Shown here: positions 17,403-24,730 of the stretch, piece by piece
Layout of the letters: each line of letters opens with the position of its first letter
Position numbering within the stretch: the first letter of the stretch is position 1
Made by a program: the position numbers and the translations under genes
Assembly: GCA_964492155.1 (NCBI GenBank)
Contig: CAZBJD010000003.1
Location: 1 to 43,104, forward strand
Source of the DNA: an uncultured Eubacteriales bacterium
Lineage (GTDB): Bacteria > Bacillota > Clostridia > RGIG6154
DNA: 43,104 nucleotides
Direction: 5' to 3'
The notes under the pieces: model-generated
What the model was told of the DNA's origin: nothing
Database searches by the model: none
What the model saw: the letters and a program-made list of their open reading frames with translations, nothing else

Positions 17403-18224
17403 ATGAACACTTTTGATGAAAAGGTATTTACCGGATTTGAAAACGAGCTGAAGCTTTATTATTGCGGAAAACGCTACAGAAGTATTTCGCATCGCTATGG
17501 CCCTTATGAGCAGGAAAGATATTTGATTTACTATATAAAGGAGGGGGTTGCAGAACTTAAACTCGGAAGTAAAATCACCGAGATTTCCGCAACAGGTTTT
17601 TTTGTTAATTTCCCGAACAGTAACGCAATATATCGTTGCAAAACAAACTCTCCCTGGACAATTAAATGGATAATGGCAGAGGGGGAGATAATTGAAAAAT
17701 ATCTGGATTTGCTTGGCATTACTCCTGAAAATCCATATATTAAGTTGGATAACAGTTATAATATTGAAGGTATTTTTGATGAAATGTATGATTTTTTTGA
17801 TAAAAATACTATTTCTGCAAAGATATATTGTATTTCTTTAGTGCATAAGCTTTTCTCGGTGCTTTCACAAAATATAAATGAAGAAAGCGATAAAAAAAGT
17901 TATGTTGTTTGTGCAAATCGTGAAATTGAACAGCGTTTCAGCGATTCTGATTTTAACGTATCAAAGCTTGCAAAGATTTTGGGGCTTAACCATAATTACT
18001 TTTCAATTTTATACAAAAAACACACGGGTATATCGCCTATTAAAGCAATAAATGACTACAGATTGAAAAATGCCTGTAAAATGCTGAAATTTACTGACAA
18101 AGCAATAAAAACAATTGCATTAAATTGCGGTTACGCCGATGAATTGTATTTTAGTCGGGTTTTTTCCAAAAAGATAGGTATGTCACCGACTGAGTACAGG
18201 CAAAGAGAAACTATAAATATGTAA
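17403..18224 (+). CDS. AraC-family transcriptional regulator
   Basis: C-terminal AraC HTH (FNVSKLAKILGLNHNYFSILYKKHTGISPIKAINDYRL...GYADELYFSRVFSKKIGMSPTEYR). ATG at 17403 is 7 nt after AAGGAG; the ORF track starts at 17382. Confidence 0.8.
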   Translation: MNTFDEKVFTGFENELKLYYCGKRYRSISHRYGPYEQERYLIYYIKEGVAELKLGSKITEISATGFFVNFPNSNAIYRCKTNSPWTIKWIMAEGEIIEKYLDLLGITPENPYIKLDNSYNIEGIFDEMYDFFDKNTISAKIYCISLVHKLFSVLSQNINEESDKKSYVVCANREIEQRFSDSDFNVSKLAKILGLNHNYFSILYKKHTGISPIKAINDYRLKNACKMLKFTDKAIKTIALNCGYADELYFSRVFSKKIGMSPTEYRQRETINM

Positions 18225-18346
18225 TTTTAGGTTATTACACCGTAATAAATCTGTACTATTATCAGAATGTGGATTTGATTTTTTGGGAAAATTATGATAT
18301 TTTCTTTATTTTTCTTTGTTTTGTTGGATTTTTTGTGGTTTTGCTA

Positions 18347-18375
18347 TTGACTTTGTGTGGAAAGTAGTGTAAAAT
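18347..18375 (+). promoter_or_regulatory. Candidate sigma-A promoter for the HAD-GRE-activase unit (TTGACT-17-TAAAAT)
   Basis: -35 at 18347-18352 and -10 at 18370-18375, 30 nt upstream of the HAD start codon. Confidence 0.45.
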
Positions 18376-18405
18376 ATAGTTGTATTATTATCGAGGTAGT
18401 TTAAT

Positions 18406-19143
18406 ATGAAGCTAATTGCAAGTGATTTAGACGGAACTCTCCTTTTAAAAGGGGAACAAAAATTAAATAGCAGGATTTTTGAGTCTTTGAAAAGCTCAGG
18501 TGCGTCGGGAACCGACTTTGCAATTGCATCGGGAAGAACCTACGGCGAGCTTTTAAGGCTTTTTGAAGGATTGGAAAAGGATACATATTTCATAGCTCTT
18601 GACGGGGCTTTGGTTGTTCAGAACGGAAAAAGTCTGTACGGAAGTCCTTTTTCAAAGGAAGACCTTAAAATTATAAACGAACTTGACGAGTTTGTGCTTC
18701 ACGGTAAGTATATGACTTACGTAAAATCCGATTATCCTTATTTTATAAGGAAGATAAAGGCACAGTATAATGGACACGCTGTCAGAATTTCCGATGTTTC
18801 GGAGATTAAGGATTGCACCTTCAAGCTGGTGTTATACAAAAATTACCGCACGCTTTCAAAACTGCCCTTTGATATGGTTTACAAGGACAATTCACTTTGC
18901 GAGTTTGTCAAAGAGGGTATCAACAAGGGAATAGCACTGAAAAAACTGATGAATGGTCTTGGGCTTGAGCCTGAGGATTGTGCAGCTTTTGGCGACAGTG
19001 ATAACGATATTGAATTTTTGAAAAGCACTTCAAACAGTTATGCAGTTAAAAATTCAAAACACGCAATAAGAAAAATCTGTAAATTTTATACCGATGATAT
19101 AGCAGAAACTATCGATTTAATGATAAAGGAGGCAGCCAAATGA
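18406..19143 (+). CDS. Cof-type HAD-IIB phosphatase
   Basis: HAD motif I DLDGTLL, motif II IASGR(T), motif IV GDSDNDIEFL. The stop overlaps the GRE start (ATGA at 19140-19143). Confidence 0.85.
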   Translation: MKLIASDLDGTLLLKGEQKLNSRIFESLKSSGASGTDFAIASGRTYGELLRLFEGLEKDTYFIALDGALVVQNGKSLYGSPFSKEDLKIINELDEFVLHGKYMTYVKSDYPYFIRKIKAQYNGHAVRISDVSEIKDCTFKLVLYKNYRTLSKLPFDMVYKDNSLCEFVKEGINKGIALKKLMNGLGLEPEDCAAFGDSDNDIEFLKSTSNSYAVKNSKHAIRKICKFYTDDIAETIDLMIKEAAK

Positions 19144-21668
19144 AAAGATTTGACTTTGATGGGATTGAAAAAAGCCCGAGAATAGACCGTTTGATTGACA
19201 ATTTATTTGTAAAAATGCCCGAGATTGAGGCTGATCGTGCAGTGCTTCTTACCGAGTCTTATAAGAAAACAGAGGGCGACCCGATAATTTTAAGACGTGC
19301 AAAAGCGTTTAAAAATATCTGTGAAAATCTTCCTCTTACAATTCGCGATGAGGAATTGATTGTAGGTGCGGCAACAAAGGTTTCAAGAGGATGCCAGGTA
19401 TTTCCCGAGTATTCCTTTGAATGGCTTGAAAATGAGTTTGATACAGTTGCAACACGTTCTGCCGACCCGTTTTATATTTCAGACGAAACAAAGGAAACTT
19501 TAAAAGAGGTTTATAAGTACTGGAAAGGCAAAACAACAAGCGATCTTGCAACTTCTTATATGGTGCCGGGGGCTTTGAAGGCAATTGAGCATAATATTTT
19601 TACACCGGGCAACTATTTTTACAATGGTGTAGGTCACGTTACGGTTGACTATAAAAAAGTGCTTGAAATCGGTTATAAGGGCATTATGGCAGAGGCGAAA
19701 AAAGAGCTTGCGAAGTGCGATGTTACCGAGGCAGATTATGCATCAAAGAGTGCGTTTTTGGAAGCAGTAATTATCAGCTGCGAAGCGGCAATTACGTTTG
19801 CAAAAAGATATTCGGATTTGGCATATCAGATGGCAGGAAACTGTGCAGACCCTGTAAGAAAGCAGGAACTCCTTACTATTTCCGAGAACTGTGCCAACGT
19901 TCCCGAAAACGGAGCAAAATCGTTCTATGAGGCTTGTCAGTCATTCTGGTTTGTTCAGCTTTTAATTCAGACAGAATCAAGCGGACACTCAATTTCTCCG
20001 GGACGATTTGACCAATATATGTATCCGTATTTCAAAGCGGACATCGACAACGGAAAAATCACAAAAGAATTTGCTCAGGAGCTTATAGATTGTGTGTGGG
20101 TTAAGCTTAATGACTTTACAAAAGTAAGAGATGCGGCATCGGCTGAAGGCTTTGCAGGCTATAGCTTGTTCCAGAACCTTATTGCAGGAGGTCAGACCCG
20201 TGACGGAAGAGATGCTACAAACGAGCTTTCGTTTATGTCAATTGAAGCTACAATGCATGTACTTCTTCCGCAGCCCTCATTCTCTGTAAGAGTATGGAAC
20301 GGAACTCCTCACGAGTTTATGTTAAAAGCAGGTGAGCTTACAAGAACAGGCGTTGGTCTTCCTGCGTACTATAACGATGAGGTTATTGTGCCTGCACTCA
20401 TTAACCGCGGTCTTACTATGGAAGACGCAAGAGATTACAATATTATCGGTTGCGTAGAGCCACAATGTGCAGGAAAAACCGACGGTTGGCACGATGCGGC
20501 GTTCTTCAATATGTGCAGGATTGTTGAGCTTGTTTTCTCAAATGGTATGGATAACGGCGAGAGAATTGGTGTTGAAACAGGAAACGTTGAAAACTTTAAG
20601 ACGTTTGATGAATTTTTCGATGCTTACAAGGCTCAGATGAATTATATGATTAAGCTTATGGTTAATGCGGACAATGCAATTGATATGGCACACGCCATCC
20701 GTTGCCCGCTGCCCTTCCAGTCATCAATGGTTGCTGATTGTATCGGCAGAGGTAAGTCAATGCAGGAGGGCGGAGCGATTTATAATTTCACCGGTCCGCA
20801 GGGCTTTGGTATCGCAAATATGGCAGATGCACTTTATGCAATCAAAAAGCTCGTATTTGAAGAAAAGAAAGTTACTTTGGCAGAATACAAAGAAGCACTC
20901 TCTGATAACTATGGCAGAAGCGTTGACGAAAAGCAGGCAACTATGATTACAACTGAAATTGTAAAACAACTTGCGGCATCGGGCAAAAATGTTTCAAATG
21001 ACGAAATTGCCGAAATCTTCAAGAAAGTTGCGGCAAGCGGTGTGTCTGAAGAAAAGAAGGCAAAATACGATAAGCTTTTGGAAATGATTGATGCACTTCC
21101 GAAGTTTGGTAATGATAATGAAGAAGTTGATGCTTTAGCACGTGAAGTTGCTTATACATACACAAGACCTTTACAGCAGTATGAAAATCCGCGCGGCGGA
21201 AAATATCAGGCAGGTCTTTATCCGGTATCTGCCAATGTACCTCTCGGGGCACAAACAGGTGCAACACCTGATGGCAGACTTGCTCATACTCCGGTTGCAG
21301 ACGGTGTGTCGCCTTGTGCAGGAAAAGATATAAACGGTCCTACTGCTGCGGCAAATTCTGTATCAAGACTTGACCACTTTATTGCATCAAACGGAACTCT
21401 CTTTAATATGAAGTTTCATCCGTCTGCGTTAAAGGGAAGAGCAGGTCTTGAAAGCTTTGTTTCTCTTATCAGAGGATACTTTGACCAGAAGGGCAGTCAT
21501 ATGCAGTTTAACGTTGTAAGCCGTGAAACTTTAAAGGATGCTCAGCAAAATCCTGAAAAGTATAAGAGTCTGGTTGTTCGCGTTGCAGGATATTCTGCAC
21601 TCTTTACAACGCTTTCAAAATCACTTCAGGACGATATTATCAACAGAACCGAGCAGGGTGGATTTTAA
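19140..21668 (+). CDS. Glycyl radical enzyme, B12-independent 1,2-propanediol (diol) dehydratase-like
   Basis: Glycine loop VVRVAGYSALF (G817) and thiyl loop IIGCVEPQ (C438, E440). Long stretches (ADPFYIS, GNYFYNGVGHVTV, SISPGRFDQYMYPY, GFAGYSLFQNLI, GLPAYYNDEVI, GKTDGWHDAAFFNM, GLYPVSANVPLGAQTGATPDGR) match the Roseburia inulinivorans propanediol dehydratase as I recall it. Confidence 0.88.
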   Translation: MKRFDFDGIEKSPRIDRLIDNLFVKMPEIEADRAVLLTESYKKTEGDPIILRRAKAFKNICENLPLTIRDEELIVGAATKVSRGCQVFPEYSFEWLENEFDTVATRSADPFYISDETKETLKEVYKYWKGKTTSDLATSYMVPGALKAIEHNIFTPGNYFYNGVGHVTVDYKKVLEIGYKGIMAEAKKELAKCDVTEADYASKSAFLEAVIISCEAAITFAKRYSDLAYQMAGNCADPVRKQELLTISENCANVPENGAKSFYEACQSFWFVQLLIQTESSGHSISPGRFDQYMYPYFKADIDNGKITKEFAQELIDCVWVKLNDFTKVRDAASAEGFAGYSLFQNLIAGGQTRDGRDATNELSFMSIEATMHVLLPQPSFSVRVWNGTPHEFMLKAGELTRTGVGLPAYYNDEVIVPALINRGLTMEDARDYNIIGCVEPQCAGKTDGWHDAAFFNMCRIVELVFSNGMDNGERIGVETGNVENFKTFDEFFDAYKAQMNYMIKLMVNADNAIDMAHAIRCPLPFQSSMVADCIGRGKSMQEGGAIYNFTGPQGFGIANMADALYAIKKLVFEEKKVTLAEYKEALSDNYGRSVDEKQATMITTEIVKQLAASGKNVSNDEIAEIFKKVAASGVSEEKKAKYDKLLEMIDALPKFGNDNEEVDALAREVAYTYTRPLQQYENPRGGKYQAGLYPVSANVPLGAQTGATPDGRLAHTPVADGVSPCAGKDINGPTAAANSVSRLDHFIASNGTLFNMKFHPSALKGRAGLESFVSLIRGYFDQKGSHMQFNVVSRETLKDAQQNPEKYKSLVVRVAGYSALFTTLSKSLQDDIINRTEQGGF

Positions 21669-22459
21669 TGAATAAAGATTTTTACAACGTGAAAGGAAGA
21701 ATATTCGATATTCAGAAATTTTCAGTTCACGATGGCCCCGGGATTCGCAGTATCGTGTTTTTAAAAGGATGTGCACTCAGATGTAAGTGGTGCTGCAATC
21801 CTGAATCTCAAAGCTATGACATTGAGCAGATGAATATGGACGGAAAAATTAAAACTGTAGGCCGTGATGTTACAGTTGCGGAGGTTATGGATGAGGTTTT
21901 AAAGGATTTCCGATATTTCAAACGCTCAGGCGGCGGATTAACACTTTCGGGCGGAGAATGCCTTTTGCAGCCTGACTTTGCGGCAGCTCTTTTAGAAGCT
22001 GCCAAATACAATGGCATATCAACTGCGATTGAGTCTACAGGCTTTGCAAAATACGAGGTGATTGAAAGATTGCTTCCTTACTTAGATGTTTATCTGATGG
22101 ATATTAAGCATATCAACAGCGAAAAACACAGACTTTTTACGGGTCAGCCAAACGAAAGAATTCTGGAAAATGCGAAAAAGATTGCAAGAAATGCAAAAAG
22201 GCTTATTATAAGAGTTCCGGTTATTCCTACTTTTAATGATACAGTTGAGGAAATAACCGAAATTGCAAAATTTGCAAAAAGTCTTGAAAACGTAACTGAA
22301 ATACATCTTCTTCCATATCACAATTTTGGAACAGATAAATATAAATGGCTTGGGCGGGAATATAAGCTTCCCGATATCAAAACTCCGAGCAATGAAAAAA
22401 TGCAGGAGCTTCTGGAAGCGGTGCAAAGCTGCGGACTGGACGCTCAGATAGGAGGGTAA
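21668..22459 (+). CDS. Glycyl-radical enzyme activating enzyme (radical SAM), short PflA-like form
   Basis: CALRCKWCCNPES (CxxxCxxC radical-SAM cluster) and GGGLTLSGGEC SAM motif. The start overlaps the GRE stop (TAATG). No auxiliary Cys-rich ferredoxin insert. Confidence 0.9.
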   Translation: MNKDFYNVKGRIFDIQKFSVHDGPGIRSIVFLKGCALRCKWCCNPESQSYDIEQMNMDGKIKTVGRDVTVAEVMDEVLKDFRYFKRSGGGLTLSGGECLLQPDFAAALLEAAKYNGISTAIESTGFAKYEVIERLLPYLDVYLMDIKHINSEKHRLFTGQPNERILENAKKIARNAKRLIIRVPVIPTFNDTVEEITEIAKFAKSLENVTEIHLLPYHNFGTDKYKWLGREYKLPDIKTPSNEKMQELLEAVQSCGLDAQIGG

Positions 22460-22460
22460 T

Positions 22461-22829
22461 ATGCAGGATTTAAATATGCAGGACAAGATGAGAATAGTTC
22501 AAGAGCTTGTCCCCGGCAAACAGATAACCCTTGCACACATTATTGCAAATCCGGATCAGATTTTATATAAAAAGCTCGGTCTGGATCCTGCGGTTGAATA
22601 CTCAAAATCAGCAATAGGAATTATAACACTTTCACCAAGTGAAACTGCGATAATTGCAGGCGACCTTGCCATCAAGGCATCAGGTGCGGAACTTGGGTTT
22701 GTTGACAGATTCAGCGGTACTTTGATAGTAACAGGCACAGTTTCCGAGGTTGAAGCTTCAATGAACGCAATTTGTGATTACTGCAGAGAAAAGCTTGGCT
22801 TTACAATCTGCGAAATCACAAGAACCTGA
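22461..22829 (+). CDS. pduU: Circularly permuted BMC-H shell protein (PduU/EutS type)
   Basis: Colinear with PduU/EutS: RIVQELVPGKQITLAHIIANPDQILYKKLGL...AIGIITLSPSETAIIAGDLAIKASGAELGFVDRFSGTLIVTGTVSEVE. Confidence 0.85.
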   Translation: MQDLNMQDKMRIVQELVPGKQITLAHIIANPDQILYKKLGLDPAVEYSKSAIGIITLSPSETAIIAGDLAIKASGAELGFVDRFSGTLIVTGTVSEVEASMNAICDYCREKLGFTICEITRT

Positions 22830-22845
22830 TTTGGGGGGATAAACC

Positions 22846-23271
22846 ATGAAAAGAATAATTTTTATGGGAAGAACAGGTTCGGGAAAAACATCGCTGACAC
22901 AGGCTTTGAAGAAACAACCTGTCAGGTATCACAAAACCCAGTACATAAATTATCACGATGTTATTATCGACACTCCCGGTGAATATGCAGAAAATGCACA
23001 TCTGGGAAGAGCACTTGCACTTTACTCATATGAGGCGGATGTGGTGGGCCTGCTTTTAAGTGCCACAGAGGAATATTCGCTTTTCCCGCCGAACATAACC
23101 TGCCTTGTTAACAGAGAGGTTATCGGTATAGTAACAAAAATAGATAAAAACGGAGCAAATCCAACAAGAGCAAAAAAGTGGCTTGAACTTACCGGATGTA
23201 AGAAAATCTTCTTTTTAAGCTCAAAAACAGGTGAAGGGATAGAAGAATTGACTGATTATTTGTCAAATTAA
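22846..23271 (+). CDS. pduV: EutP/PduV-family small GTPase
   Basis: P-loop GRTGSGKTSL, DTPGEY, and the TKID NKxD-like motif. The size (141 aa) is typical of EutP/PduV. Confidence 0.85.
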   Translation: MKRIIFMGRTGSGKTSLTQALKKQPVRYHKTQYINYHDVIIDTPGEYAENAHLGRALALYSYEADVVGLLLSATEEYSLFPPNITCLVNREVIGIVTKIDKNGANPTRAKKWLELTGCKKIFFLSSKTGEGIEELTDYLSN

Positions 23272-23322
23272 ATCTAAATCCACAAAAAACCACAGAAAAA
23301 TAAAAAAAATAACAGAATTTTG

Positions 23323-23351
23323 TTGACAAAACAAAGAAATAGTGATAGTAT
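23323..23351 (+). promoter_or_regulatory. Internal sigma-A promoter ahead of the aldolase-to-deoR unit (TTGACA-17-TGaTAGTAT)
   Basis: Consensus -35 at 23323-23328 and extended -10 at 23343-23351, within the 143-bp gap after pduV. No terminator hairpin is visible in the gap. Confidence 0.5.
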
Positions 23352-23414
23352 TATATTGTAGTAAAATACTGCTGCATTATTAATAGTAAACAAATTGAAA
23401 AGGAGAAATAGATT

Positions 23415-24227
23415 ATGACTTCAGAATTTGAAATCAAAAAACAAATTTGTGACATCGGTAAGAGAATTTATGACAGAAACATGGTTGCTGCTAATGACGG
23501 TAACATTTCAGTTAAAATTTCTGACAATGAATTCTTGTGCACACCTACAGGTGTAAGCAAAGGCTTTATGACACCCGAATACATCTGCAAGGTTGACAGA
23601 GATGGTAATGTTATTCAGGCAAACGGAAACTTCAAGCCTTCATCAGAAATCAAAATGCATATGAGAGTTTATCAGCAGAGACCTGACGTAAAGAGTGTTG
23701 TGCACGCTCATCCTACATACGCAACAAGCTTTGCTATCGCAGGTATTCCGCTTACACAGCCCATTATGCCTGAAGCAGTTATTACATTAGGTTGCGTTCC
23801 GATTGCTGAGTATGGCACACCATCTACAATGGAAATTCCGGACGCAGTTGAAAAGTATCTGCAGTATTATGATGCAGTGCTTCTTGCAAACCACGGTGCA
23901 CTTGCATATTCAGACAGCTTACTTTCAGCATACCACAAGATGGAATCATTGGAATTCTATGCAGAGCTTCTTTTCAAAGCAAGAATGCTCGGCGGTCCAA
24001 AAGAATTGACACCTCCGCAGGTTGAAAGACTTTATGAAATCAGAAGACAGTTCGGTATGACAGGTAAACATCCTGCAGACCTTTGTCCTAACGCTAAGAA
24101 TGGTAAAACAAGCTGCCACTCATGCGGAAGCTGCGGCGGCAACTGTGGCAGTCATAAGTCAGCAGGAAGCGACGCTGATTTGGTTGCTGCTATTACAAAG
24201 AAAGTAATGGAACAGCTTGGTAAATAA
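23415..24227 (+). CDS. Class II aldolase (L-fuculose-/L-rhamnulose-1-phosphate aldolase-like) with Cys-rich linker and C-terminal encapsulation-peptide-like helix
   Basis: Class II aldolase/adducin motifs (NDGNISV, PSSE..MH, HAHP, ANHGAL). Residues 216-270 are an extension relative to about 215-aa FucA enzymes. Confidence 0.85.
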   Translation: MTSEFEIKKQICDIGKRIYDRNMVAANDGNISVKISDNEFLCTPTGVSKGFMTPEYICKVDRDGNVIQANGNFKPSSEIKMHMRVYQQRPDVKSVVHAHPTYATSFAIAGIPLTQPIMPEAVITLGCVPIAEYGTPSTMEIPDAVEKYLQYYDAVLLANHGALAYSDSLLSAYHKMESLEFYAELLFKARMLGGPKELTPPQVERLYEIRRQFGMTGKHPADLCPNAKNGKTSCHSCGSCGGNCGSHKSAGSDADLVAAITKKVMEQLGK

Positions 24228-24251
24228 TTACACTTTTTGAAAGGAGCAGTT

Positions 24252-24728
24252 ATGATGAACGAACAGAATATTTCTTCTTTGATAGCTGCTGCAATAAAAG
24301 ATGTAGCCTTATTACCTTCAGGAGAAATGACATTAGAGAAAGCTAAAAAGCTTGCTTTAATCGTAGAAAAAGAGGCAGCACGTATTGGAGTGAAAGCAGT
24401 AGTTGCAATTTCCAATTCAGCTGCAAGACCGGTGCTTGTTGAGTGTATGGATGATTCATACATAGCAAGCTACGATGTTGCTTTTAACAAGGCATACACC
24501 GTGGTTGCACTCAAAATGCCAACCTCAGAGCTTAAGAAATTAAGTCAGCCGGGTGAGTCACTCTACGGTATACAGTTTACCAATCAGGGTAAAATTGTTA
24601 TTTTCGGCGGCGGTGAACCGCTTTATGAAAATGGTAAAATCGTAGGCGGTCTCGGAGTAAGCGGAGGCAGCGAAGAACAGGATACATATCTTGCAGGATT
24701 TGGTGCCAAGGCTTTCGGGGAGGTATAA
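24252..24728 (+). CDS. GlcG/HbpS-like DUF336 protein (PduO C-terminal domain type)
   Basis: DUF336 signature FGGGEPLYENGKIVGGLGVSGGSEEQD. ATG at 24252 is 5 nt after AAAGGAG; the ORF track starts at TTG 24237. The N-terminal amphipathic helix is ISSLIAAAIKDVAL. Confidence 0.75.
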   Translation: MMNEQNISSLIAAAIKDVALLPSGEMTLEKAKKLALIVEKEAARIGVKAVVAISNSAARPVLVECMDDSYIASYDVAFNKAYTVVALKMPTSELKKLSQPGESLYGIQFTNQGKIVIFGGGEPLYENGKIVGGLGVSGGSEEQDTYLAGFGAKAFGEV

Positions 24729-24730
24729 AG

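Noticed and set aside
19140-21668. Alternative identities for the GRE: pyruvate formate-lyase or choline TMA-lyase (CutC)
   Set aside because: The thiyl loop is GCVEP (single Cys plus Glu, the dehydratase/lyase type), not the PFL Cys-Cys pair. The protein lacks the long N-terminal extension of BMC-type CutC. It is colinear with the Roseburia propanediol dehydratase as I recall it, including positions H166, C438, E440 and G817. The locus also contains a deoxy-sugar-phosphate aldolase rather than choline-related genes. Phylogenetic confirmation is still needed.
23272-23414. Terminator separating the two halves of the GRM locus
   Set aside because: No stable hairpin with a U-run is present after pduV. 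The gap contains a promoter-like element instead, so read-through plus internal initiation is more likely.
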